Origin: Camelus dromedarius
Lineage: Eukaryota
Assembly: GCF_036321535.1 (NCBI RefSeq)
Contig: NC_087437.1
Coordinates: 73,844,001 to 73,908,000, forward strand
Direction of reading: 5' to 3'
Length of the DNA: 64,000 nt
Positions 39,720 to 50,982 of this stretch are shown piece by piece. Within the stretch, counting starts at the first letter, position 1. The number at the start of each line of letters is the position of its first letter. The notes beneath the pieces are model-generated. The model did no database searches, was not told where the DNA came from, and was given only the letters and a program-made list of their open reading frames with translations. The position numbers were made by a program, and so were the translations under genes.

Positions 39720-39995
39720 TAACTTTTCAGGAGACCTTGCAGGGGTGACAGGTCTGGTGGCCATTCCTTAACCCCAAAGCATTCACCAAAGCTATCCAGG
39801 CTGTTTCCAGACTGAGCACAGCAGGGGATACTAGAGCCAGACCATTACCCTTGCATGTGAGAACATTCCCAGAGCTGTGCTACATTCTGCGGCTCTTTCT
39901 GTCCAATCCTTCCTCCCCTCCTCTCCCACAAGCGTGAGACACGCATCACAGTCAGAGTGTTCTCCCTGCCCACTCTTTCTCTCTCCCTCTTCCAA
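39720..39995 (+). mobile_element. ERVL LTR fragment (LTR16-like)
   Basis: tccttcctcccctcctctcccacaagcgtgagacacgcatcacagtcagagtgttctccctgccc resembles LTR16-family R/U5 sequence. Confidence 0.55.
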
Positions 39996-40004
39996 TGTGC
40001 CGAT

Positions 40005-40890
40005 AGTGGGAAGATAGTGTGGAGTTTATAGCAATCTCCAATGAAAGAATTCCAACCCAGGCCCCTGGAGTTCAGAAGCAAGAATAGGCCGTTTGTAACA
40101 GAATTGTTTGACTTTTGAGAAACAGCTTCTGGCCTTTAACTGGGTCCTGGTAGAGATAGAGCATGCAACCATGAAACACTAAGTGAATGTGTCTCTGGAA
40201 TGCTCAGCAGAAAGGCCATCTTCAGCTAGCCTTGCTGTGTCATTAAGATGGACAGATGCACCAGCAGTCCACCAGAAGGTGGAAATAGCACAACTGCTAT
40301 ACTGTACTCAAGCAGAAATAGAGGGAACATATAAGCTGCACAAGAGGCAGCCCAGCTCCGCACAGTACCAGTCACTGTAACACACCTGCCTCTCCCCTGT
40401 AGCTATATGGAAAAAGGGTCTCGAATAACCAGCTGAAGGAAAAGGAAAAAGTCCCTGCTTGGTTTAAGAATGCATTGGATTGTTATGTGAGTACAAGCCA
40501 AAAATGGGTGGTGTCTGCATTGCAGTAATATTGAGGGATGGCCTTGAAAAAGAGTAGAGCTGGGCACATTTTCCCAATGAGCAAAGCTGCAAATGGTTTA
40601 CTAGGTCCTCCTCAATTAAGGAAAAAAAAAATGGCTGGAGGTGAGACTATATATGGATTCCTGAAGAGGAGTCAAAGACTTTGTTAGCTATTCAGGGGCC
40701 TGGAAAGAAAAAAAATTAAAAGACTGAAGATAAGGAAATGTTGGGGAGAGGAATGTAGTATACAGGACACAAAGTGTGAATATTTTTGTACGTTTAACAC
40801 CCACCAAAAGCACCCACCATGGAAGAGGCCCTAAAAAACAAGAAGGAAAAATCACTTGATCAACTGACTTTTACAAGTCCTTGTCAGTGG
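40005..40890 (+). mobile_element. ERVL internal pol remnant (tether/RNase H region), pseudogenised
   Basis: Decayed translation RPLEFRSK...FEKQLLAFNWVLVEIEHATMKH*V matches ERV-L pol RPLGFWSK...FEKQLLACYWALVETE; downstream D-S..SGAWKE..DKEMLGRGM matches RNase H TDSW..SGTWKE..DKEVWGRGMW. Confidence 0.85.
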
Positions 40891-41814
40891 TCTTCTCCCT
40901 CCTTCCCTCTGAAGAGGAAATAGTGATTCTGACAGGTGAGTTTGGGAGAAGGATCAGTCTGCCTGAAGAAAATATATATTACTCTTCTGCCTAAGACCAG
41001 GCAGTAAGTTTTCCAGGATCAAGTGATTTTGTGGGGTGAAGCAGTTGGTGGGAGGATGTTCCAAACTACCAGTGACTATGACTGAAAATGAAGGGCTAAC
41101 TTAGGAGTAAGCTCTCAGCAGGCCCCTTTGGCTAGTGAGCCTAAAGACATGCACGCCAACAGCTCTGTCAGTAGCAACTTGACACTTCACCTCCACCTGC
41201 CTGACTCCTATGCCCATCCCGCCTCTGGTTCCTAATGTGGGGCCCTTATCCATTAGCTCCTCACGTCCAAATAACTCGCAAAATGGAAAGTAAAGGTAAT
41301 TTAAGAGTGCTATATATTTTCTTCATAAAGTTATTTTTTATAGAAGAGTAATTTATGAGAAAAAGCAGCCAATAGTTCATTTTGTTTCTCTCATTATTAT
41401 CTTTTAGGTGCTTGAGTGTCTCTTTCCGTTCCCCTCTCTATTTAAAATTTTATTTTTAATAAGATGGAGATTTAAATTATGTAAAAATCGTACTCTGTGT
41501 CTACATTTATTAAGTTTTAAATGTCAGAACATTGGGCTCTAACAGTCTTTTTAGAGCAAGGGAAGTCCAGGGTGTGTACTTTGTTGACAATAAAACTGAA
41601 GAGAGGCTCCTGCATTCCCCAGAGCAGACAGAGTCCCCTGTCCTGGGCCAGGTAGGACTCAGAGTCGGGGAGCTGCTTTCCCAGCCACTGTGAGCATTTG
41701 TATAGTCCTCAGTCATGTACTAACCTTAAGGAATTTTGTATTTAAAGTCAGCCACTGTATGTTATTCATACACACTTATTCATGTTACAAATGGAGGGCC
41801 TTTTAGAAATCATC

Positions 41815-41995
41815 CTGTTTCAAACCTGTTGTTCTTCACATCAATGAAATATATTTTTTTTCACCAGGAAGCTCATATGCAAAGCAAATCAAAGAGGAGC
41901 TATTTTGTTTAAAGGCTGGAGATACCACAACTGCACACGGTCTACCCTGAAGCAACCCCATGAAACTCACAGAATTCTTGTGGGGTCACTGAGAG
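41815..41995. mobile_element. MER103-like hAT element
   Basis: tttcaaac...gaagctcatatgcaaagcaaatcaaagaggagctattttgtttaaagg. Confidence 0.45.
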
Positions 41996-42164
41996 AGCAT
42001 TCCCTCCTCATTTGAAAGGTGAGGAAATTTAGAACTGCCTTGTATAGAGTTGAATGGTAAACAAAATTGTTAAACAGATTAAATGTAACTATGGTTTAAT
42101 TTAGTGCTCTTGAGTTTATAATGGCATTTCTCACCTTCAAAAATGCCATAAAAAACATAAACAT

Positions 42165-42340
42165 TAGAATCCAACAGATCAGGGTCCAAGTTTGTTAATT
42201 CTTCTTTAGTTTCTTCATTTGTAAAATGAGAGTATTGACCCAACTTCATAAAGCTTGTTCTAAAAATTAAATTAGAATAAATATACCACGTGGTTTCAGG
42301 GCCTGGTCATATTAAAAACTTGAAAACTTTTAGCTTCCTT
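42165..42340 (+). mobile_element. MIR SINE
   Basis: ctttagtttcttcatttgtaaaatgagagtattgacccaacttcataaagcttgtt...aattaaattagaataa. Confidence 0.8.
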
Positions 42341-43290
42341 CTCCCAAATAGTTTTAATTTTGGCTCACATAATATTATAGTAACCTATATTGGAGAATAG
42401 GAAAATCTAAGAAGTTGATCAATGTAGATGAAGGGCCTGGAGCCACCTGGATACTCCTTTCCCTGTTTATCCAATTCCTATTAGAATGACTATGGCATGA
42501 CATCAAACATATTATGACAGATGCTCTATTAATAAAAAAATTGGTAACTGGTCTAGATGGCAAAATACTGATTTTGCTTATTTTATAGATAATCTTATAA
42601 TGGGAACTACAGAAAGAATGGATCTGTGGCCCTGAAGAAAAAAGTGAAACATATTTATGCACACATGTGAATAAACATGTTCATGGATATTAATTTCATT
42701 TTAAAAGTGTACATCGAGAGTCCTTCTCTTATTTGTCAGTGAAAGAAACAAGAAAAAATAAAACAAAACTCTAAAGTACCTGATCCACGCTGATATTTTT
42801 GGAAAAGATTTTGAAGGTCTTAAACACTTCTCCTTGCACATCCTATATATGCTGCACAAAGACCAAGATTATTTTATTTACTTTGAAAATGTTTTTCATT
42901 AATAAAAGGAGCCAATTTATCTTTGTCAAAAATGTCAACATGAGCCAATACAAGAAATTGATTTAGCTTTGTTACTCCCAAGTGTTTTCCAACACTTAAT
43001 AAGAAATATCTAGACTAAATACAATTAACACACAGTGCATTACCTCTTAACCTTGGAAACACTTATGGCTTACAGGCATAGTGTGAAAATACCCCTTACA
43101 ATGAAAAAAAAGAGTTATTACTTCAAATTTTCTATTTTGTGTATAAGGTAATAAAATTAGAAGCAAATTATTTTTCAAGAATACGAAACATACTATTTCA
43201 ATGATCAAACTACAATGTTCAATATTTTTAATATTACAATGTTTACTTTTCATACTGTTTGTCATTTCTCTCTTATGCTTATTGTTTTCT

Positions 43291-43748
43291 TGCATCAGTG
43301 TGTTGAGGCTGTCATAACAAAATACTACAGATTGGATGGTTTAAACAACAGAAGTTAATTTTCTCAGTTCTGGAGGCTTGAAGTCCAAGATCAAGGCAGG
43401 TGTGTTGGTTTCCCTGAGGTGTGTCTCCTTGGCTGATAAACAGCTGTCTTCTTACTATATCCTCACGTAGTCTTTTCTCTGTACATGTGTATCCCTGGTG
43501 TCTTTTTCTCTTCTTATAAGAATTGCAGTCATGTTAGATTAGAGAACCACCCTATTGGACTCATTTTAATTTAATCACTTCTTTGAAGACGTTATCTCCA
43601 AATGCAGTCACATGGATTAGAGCTTACGCATATGACTTCATGGAACCTTAACTACTACTTTAAAGGCCCTATCGCCAAATATAGTTACCTTCTGAGGTGC
43701 TAGGACTTCAATATATGAATTTGGGGGAACACAGTTCAGACCATAACA
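43291..43748 (-). mobile_element. MaLR solo LTR (MLT1B-like)
   Basis: gctgtcataacaaaatactacagattggatggtttaaacaacagaa...ttctggaggcttgaagtccaagatcaagg...tatgaatttgggggaacacagttcagaccataaca. Confidence 0.9.
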
Positions 43749-44086
43749 CCTCTCAATTCTCAGACTTACAGAGTTGCTAATTTACTATTCTGAGTTCCAC
43801 AACTGCTACTGGATTTAAACATTTTAGACTCCTGTGATAAAGACTTGTTCATGCAACTCATTGTGTAAACTTCTGTCTGTGCTCAGGAAAAATTTCTATC
43901 TATCCTGTGGAAATGTATCAGTTTGCTCATGGTCTGAGGATGGACATTCTCTTCATGCCCACGTTCCTTCCTTTCTGGTCTTGCATAACACTGTATCCTG
44001 TCAAACACCTATGGATAAACATTTCTGCATTGTCTATACTTCTCCAGAGATGACCTGATAGTTCAGGGCTAGAACAGAGTGTGTTC

Positions 44087-44115
44087 TCTGTGTGTGTGTG
44101 TGTGTGTGTGTGTGT
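44087..44115. repeat. (TG)n microsatellite
   Basis: Uninterrupted TG run. Confidence 0.95.
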
Positions 44116-44477
44116 ATACATGCATGGGCATGTGCATGTGTGTATGGTGGTGGGAGACTGACACGCACATGAGTACTTCTTTGCTCAAACTCATTCTCTC
44201 TCCACCTTTTCTCATTATTTTTCTCCTAATGTCCCTTTTTAAGCTCTTTCTGTTTGATGCTCTTTTTCTCAAGGGCACACGACCTCTGCAAAGGATAACA
44301 AAATCCTGTTCCAGCTCCATCATGTTCTTGCAAATTCTACAGCCATGGATGTTGGCTAATATTAATACAGTCTCACTCTGTCTATCACTTGTTCTTCTTA
44401 GGATACTGATATGGGTGACAGTAAGCTCTATTTCCCTTCTCTGGGTGAGGATGTATTAATAAAAACATTTGGTCCTT

Positions 44478-44585
44478 GGGGGGAGGGTATAGTTCAAGTG
44501 GTGGAGTGCATGTGTTCAATCCTCAGTACCTCCTCCAAAAATAAATAAATAAGTAAACTTAATTACCTCTCCCTCTCCCACCCCC

Positions 44586-44620
<35 letters not shown>

Positions 44621-44640
44621 AATTCCTACAACTCAATAGA
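44478..44640 (+). mobile_element. tRNA-Ala-derived SINE (Vic-1-like, anticodon arm deleted) with (AT)15 and an L1-like tail
   Basis: GGGGGGAGGGTATAGTTCAAGTGGTGGAGTGCATG-TGTTCAATCCTCAGTACCTCC; TSD AAAAACATTTGGTCCTT (44461-44477) and AAAAATAATTGGTCCTT (44641-44657). Confidence 0.9.
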
Positions 44641-44756
44641 AAAAATAATTGGTCCTTAAAATCTAGTTATTTCATAATGCTAATTTCCCTTTAAAGCAGT
44701 AGCTTTCAAACTTTTTTGATCATGAACCACATTCAGATTCAGCACGCAGATACCTA

Positions 44757-45078
44757 TGTAACTCCGATTAAATAGAGTTGGGAGACTGAAGGGGGCATTC
44801 TCATACCTGGCAAGGATAACAGAGCCCAACAGGAAGAAGACAGACTCCTCTTCTTTCCTGGTCAGGACTCAGCCAATGAAAAGCCATGGACTCTTCATTT
44901 ACTACAGCCCTCCTGACTTCCTCTTCCTCCCGATAAAACTATTAGCCTTCCCTTGCCATGGGGGGATTTGCATGTGGCTCACCATATTGGCAGACCCCAT
45001 ATTGCAATTCTCTGCTGATCCTGAATAAACCCACCTCTGCTGGAGCAATATCTGGAGTCTATTTGTTTCAGGTCAACA
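44757..45078 (+). mobile_element. ERV1-class solo LTR (MER34-like), apparently inside a hAT-Charlie remnant starting ~44697
   Basis: CCAAT 44873, TATA-like GATAAAA 44932, AATAAA 45024, ends ggtcaaCA; 5' boundary uncertain. Confidence 0.7.
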
Positions 45079-45846
45079 TTTAGAAACTATCAGTGAAAAC
45101 TAAAACAAAAAAGGTAGTCTTTTACTAAAGTATTTAGTAACTGATTTAGTTAGAGATGCATTGTTTCCCTCTATTGCTATCTCACTTTACATATGACCAA
45201 GTTAATGTCCATTACTAGAAACCTAGCTAATGAGATCCATCATGGCCACATTGTTCAGTGTGTTTTGTAGATAGAGTCATGGAATAGGAGTCACTGTATG
45301 TGGTTTTAATAGCAAGTTTTTCATCTACTATCTTTGTGGCTTTTAGTCAATTGATGATATTGGTTTGAAGTAAAGCATTGAATTAGGTTGAATTAGTTTT
45401 ATATCACATATCTCTTCTAGAATCAAGAAAGTGTTAAAGTTGTTGGTATGTGTGGAGGTAAAGGTAGGCGTTTGACTTCTTTTAAAAAAAGTCTAAATTG
45501 AATTCTTAAAGTTAGGTGGCCTGTCTATAAAGAAACTATTAAAGAGATTTTTAAAATTGAGAGTACAGTAATTAGTTTGAAGCATAAAAATTTGTTTTTT
45601 AAGAGGCCAAAAACAATCAGCTATTAGAAATTCTGTACAATTCCACTTATTTTTAAATTAATTACGGAATTTAACCTAGGAAAAAAGCATAGAAAAACAT
45701 TTGGTGTTGCCTTTACCTAAAGCTATGTATACCTTATTACAAGGTGAGGTACCTAAGCAATCTATTCTTACTTAGGTAACTACCTTCAGGAATACTGCTC
45801 AATTACCAGGGATATTACACAGGTAATCTTCACTGATGTAGACATT

Positions 45847-45962
45847 TGTCTTAGTCAGTTCAGGCTGCTATCATAGAATACCATAGATTTAACAACAAAT
45901 GTTTATTTCTCACAGGTTTGGGGCTGGAAGCCCAAAAATCAAGGGGTAGGCAGATTTGGTGT
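45847..45962 (-). mobile_element. MaLR LTR fragment (MLT1A-like)
   Basis: tgtcttagtcagttcaggctgctatcatagaataccataga...tttatttctcacag...ggctggaagccc. Confidence 0.85.
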
Positions 45963-48610
45963 TTATAATTTCCTTCCTCTTTTCTTTCCTTCCTTCTTTA
46001 ATCCATTTTTAAAGAATCGATGGCTTAGTTGGCTTGCTGCAATTCAGAACTAAAGAATCCCCAAAACTAAAGGCATAAAGGACGCTTAAAATTCACAACA
46101 CAGGGCACTTACCACAGGTGTTTAAACCTTAAAAAACCTGATTAGAATAAAGTTTCTAAAATACTGCTTTGAAAATTTAGCCCAGTGTCTTCATCACACT
46201 TGTGAGTGGGGTCATAATGTCATGTTTACCAAGGTTTTATTAGTTCTATACATTGTGCCTTGTTTTTACACACCTGGCTTCCACATTTTTTTTAAATATA
46301 AAATTACTGTTATTAGTCACAAAAAAAGGAAACACATTTTCCCGTGGCTCTTAGGACCTTACACAACTCCTATGGTAATTCAGGTGTTTGAAAATGTTAG
46401 TGGCACAGCATGAAATTGTTGTGTCTGTAATGATAATGGATAATCACCAGGGATCCAACCATAAAAACATAATAGTGGTGACATTTCTCAATATTAATAA
46501 AAATAAAAATCCCCTATCTCAGAGGTTTCAAGGTCTTGTAAACCATGGAAATCCTCTCTCAGGAAAGCAATAAAGCACATATTCACTGAGTTACCAATTG
46601 TGAATTTCATAAAGGGCAGGACACTTTCTTCATATTTCTTAATACTAAGGCAAGAGTATGTACTGTGTACCAAAAGAGGCTGGGAAACTTTTATTCATAA
46701 GACTACCTATCGCAAAAAATATGTCTTGCTTCTGTCATATTAGATGTGGAGGACTGAGTGGTATCAAATACACCCCCAATGTTGCTTTAAGGCAGATACA
46801 CTGTGGACTCAAACTAAGCCAACTATAGAGGTTAAAAAACTCTCACCAACAGTGGATTCACGTGTCCAACCCAAATGATATTCCAACAATGATTTTCTCT
46901 TTACTGGAGTATTTCAATGATTAGACATTGATTCCTACCTGCATATTGCATGATTTTGCACCCTTGGGGCAAGTTTAGTTATGTGGCCTGGTGATTCTCC
47001 TATTTCACTTCTTTTGTTTTGCAGCTTTGTTGATGGCTTCGTTCCTTGCCTTGACTCTGGACCCAAGGCTCACATCTACTCGGTCCTACCCCATTCATGT
47101 CATATAGGGTTCTCAGAAATCCTTTTTTTCTGCACAGAGCCATGTTTAAGAAGGCAAATAGCATGAGTTAAGGTGCTCAGGAAAATCTCTCTATTTCTTA
47201 TTTGTCATTTATGGAACAATTTCTTTCTCTGTCCACATCCTTAAGCTTCTTGGAATTCTCCCTGTTTTTCTGAAGGGAAATAACCATCAGGTTATGATGC
47301 CAAAATTATTTCAAAGTTTCTGATTAGGTAAAGAGAAATTAGAGGAAAACTATATGCATACATGAGTGACCATTTGTTGCATGATACTTGCAAAAGCTGA
47401 ATAACATAAAAACTTTTCAAGCCAGAAATAAGGAAACCAAAATTGAAGGAAATCATTGTTTTCATATACTTTAAAAGTTGCTTATTCAAAACCTTCTTGT
47501 TTCTACTTCCTTTTTCATCCAGGCTCATCAGTACAGGAAACGGCTCACCCAAAGGGCACCATCCCCACTGTTAGCCTTAGTGAAGTGGCAATTTATTGGT
47601 TACGGAATGTTGATGGGGTATTAGGAAAGAAAGCTGTAATAAAGGCTTGAAGAATTCTGCTTATTCTTTTGAGGACTTTGGATTCTGTTGAAAAAACAAT
47701 GGATGTTAAAATGAATGTCGCCTAGGATGTCACTAAGAGATCCAGGCTCCACTGGCTACATGACTCTGTACCTGTCCCTCACCCGCTATGTGAGGGAATG
47801 TAAATCACTGTCTCTCTCTGTCCAAAAGTCTCCTTACCCATAGAATGAGTCTTGGACCATTTCATTTCTAAGGTGCTTTCCGGTTCCAACAATTTATATT
47901 TTAAATAGTTATGAAATCCTACCTCTGAGCTCTTTTTCCAGGTCTCTCAGAACATTCATTCTCTTAATAACCTTGAGGATTATTACATTTTTTTATAGAG
48001 TGATACAGCAAGGTGAAGTGACTTGTTCAAGGCTACACAATCTTCAAAAGGGCTAAGACTAGAATCTATTCTGTTGTAGTCATTATGTTATTTTATCAAT
48101 AGATAATGGTGCATCCTACCTTGAATGTATAAGCTAGAATACAAATGTTCTCAAACTATTACCCATATTTCAGAACTATAAGTCTTAGAAACAGAAGAGT
48201 CTTCTAAAATCTGCCAATGCATATTAAAAGCATCAGCCTTGTCAAGGTAATAGGAGAACAATATAGTATATAGAGAAAAAAGGCAATGATGTGAATAATT
48301 CTTTGACGTCCTATAAACCAAGGTCAATCTATATGCAATCAAACTTTTTGAGTTACATTAGAGGTCTGGGCTGAGTTGGGGCATCCCTGGAAACTTGCAG
48401 CACCCGGCATGAGGTACGGAGGGTTTCTGATAAATCTGGGAAACAGTTTCTATGAGCTGTAAGTTTGCTCTTCAGAAAAGTCAAGGGGGCACTGAGAAAA
48501 CTTTGGTCTTTAACTTTTACCCAAATCTGCAGATCTCAGAGTCCTCCCTGATCTTCAGGACTATAGGATTGGGGCTCCCCAGGGCAAAGGAATCCAAACT
48601 AATGACATTC

Positions 48611-49490
48611 TGTGTTTGTTTCCTATTGCTGTGTTGCTTTGCAACTGCCTCCGGAGCTTCCCAGGTGTAATCTGAAACCGGCCCCCATACACAGAGGGCA
48701 GGGAGCCATGGGAAGAAAAGGGCAGACCACTTTAGATTGGAAGGTGGCAGGTTTGGTAAGCAAGGGAACTTGCTTATGGGGCTTTTCTTGGGCAGCTGCA
48801 AAATGAGTGGATTTCCATGCCTGCCTACCAGAATCTTAAAAGTTTATACAGAGGTTTTAATTGGGTCCAGTCACATCCACAGTCCAGAGAGCCTCAAATC
48901 CACATTTCCATTTCAAGGCTGTTTCCTTGGAACAGTGTCTGAGAGTAGGGGAGGCAAATGGAACACACATTCCAAGGGCAGTGGAGGGGGTGAGCAGCCT
49001 CCAATTGTCTGGATCCAGCTCAAGGGTCAGCTAGCAGTCACACCTTGATGGCCTTTCATGACGTGCTGTTATAACCAATTGCCACAAATTTCACAGCTTA
49101 AAACAACACAAATTTATTCTTACAGTTGTGGAGATCAAAATTTCTAAAATCAATGTTCCTCCGGAGGCTGTAGGGGAGAATCCATTTCCGTGCCTTTTCA
49201 ACTTCTAGAGACTGCTGGTATCCCTTGGTTCTTGGCTCCTGCCTTCATCTTCAAAGCCAGCAACATGCACTTCAAATCTCTCCTTCTGATTCTGACCTGC
49301 CCAGGACCCTCTTATCAGGACCCATGTGATTATGTTGATCCTCCCTGAATAATACAGGATAATCTTCCAACTCAAGATCCTTAACTCTGTCACATCTGCA
49401 AAGTCCCGTTTCCCAGGTAAGGTAACATATTCAGAGGTTCTGGGGATTAGGAGGTAGGCATTTTGGGGAACCATTATTCTGTCTACCACA
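48611..49490 (-). mobile_element. MaLR solo LTR (MLT1D-like), interrupted by a nested LTR
   Basis: tgtgtttgtttcctattgctg [insert] ttataaccaattgccacaaa...aaggtaacatattcagaggttctggggattagg...cattattctgtctaccaca. Confidence 0.9.
48632..49063 (-). mobile_element. ERVL-class solo LTR (MER54-like), nested
   Basis: 432-bp insert with 5-bp TSD TGCTG at 48627-48631 and 49064-49068; minus strand ...ccagacaattggaggctgctcaccccctcc...cttggaatgtg. Confidence 0.8.
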
Positions 49491-49789
49491 CATATTCAAC
49501 TGAATGGGTTCATTCAGTTTTGGTAAGTTGTTAGTGGACCTTAAATTAGATGCAAGTAGATTCCCAGTGGTCTCCTGGGAATTACAGCATCTGAGCCCTA
49601 CAAAGGGACTGCAGAAGCTCTAGGGGGATAATGGACAAAACACTGATGACTGAAGTTAAGCACTTTAGGCAGTCACTGAGCAATTAGAAGAGTCAGTAAG
49701 CTTTAGTAATGCTCACATGTTCTTTAACCCTGAGGCCAGTTCAACACAAAAGCACATCAAGCCTTTTACGGTTAAGGCTGTTAGGGTGT

Positions 49790-50212
49790 GCTTCTGCCGC
49801 AGGGCATATACACGCTGCTGCTTCTGCCTGGGACATTGTTTCCTCAGATATTCACATGCTAACCCCCTCACCTTCTTCAAATCTTTGTTTCAATGTCATT
49901 TTCTCAATGAAGTTTGCGCTGCTTGCTTAATATTGCAAGCTGACCCTCCTCACATGTCTAATCCATATTACCCTGTTCCAGGTTACATTCTTCCACAGTG
50001 CTTATCACTTTCTTATAATTATTTAATTTACTTATTTATCAGGTCCAGAGTCATTATCTTCTCTTAACCCTCAACCTAGAAGTTAGGTTCTAAGAGACTA
50101 GATTGTTATCTGTTTATTTATTAATTTTTTTTGCTGAATTATCACAAGTGCTGAGAATAGTGCCTGGCACATAGTAGGTGCTTAATAAAGGTTGTGAATT
50201 AATTGAATGACT
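49790..50212 (+). mobile_element. L2a 3' end
   Basis: ctgcttctgcctggga...agaatagtgcctggcacatagtaggtgcttaataaaggttgtgaattaattgaatga. Confidence 0.9.
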
Positions 50213-50429
50213 GAAGATAAAACTTCAGGTGCTTCAGTTAAATATACCTTAAATGGCTTATTTTCAACTGCACCCCAATTTTAATTAACTGTTCCAATTT
50301 TAATTGATTCCTAAGCTTTAGCTGGGTAACCCTTTCTGCTCTTCTTGCACTTTTGACTTTAGATCAACACTTGGCACTCATAAGGAATCAGGTTCAGGCT
50401 TGCCTCTCCAGTTACTCTGTCCCTGGCTC

Positions 50430-50982
50430 TGTTACCCCAAGAGGAAAAGAAGAGATCCCAGGTCTTGTCATACCTGAAAGATAGGACAACAATCAGGAGA
50501 AGATGCCTTGTGTAGCGAAAGATTTTAAAAGATTTATTTAGGAAAGAAAATGTACACCTCTAAGAACAGGAGGCAGCCTCGCCCATGGAAGGAAAAACAG
50601 CAGTTTCTTTCTCCCCTTTCTCTTATACCCTCACTTAAAGGTGGTCTTTTGATTGATTGACAGCTCTTGGCCCTGGAATGCTTAGTCATGTTTGGCCCCT
50701 CTATGCATGTCCTTACCCATGGTGTATACAGAAAAACCCATGGGGGAGGCTTAAACCTCCATGTTAAACATATTACAATGAGCACTGGGTCATGTCTGGT
50801 TAAGTTGTTTTTTCCTACTGCACAGTTGTGACTGTCGAAATTCTAACCAGTTTCTTGCTGGCACTAATTTAGAAGAAATAAAGTCCCTTTATGCTGAAGG
50901 TGGGCATAATGTCATCTTCTGGACCATCCTCCCTCTCCTCCACTTATCTACCTGGTGCCCCCACTCACCTAACTATCTAATG
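50430..50982 (-). mobile_element. ERV1-class solo LTR
   Basis: 4-bp TSD GCTC at 50426-50429 and 50983-50986; minus-strand AATAAA ~50534 and TATAAG ~50623; minus strand ends ggtaaCA. Confidence 0.75.

Noticed and set aside
44079..44459. Longest ORF in the track (126 aa)
   Set aside because: Starts in the (TG)n microsatellite and runs through T-rich low-complexity sequence; composition artefact
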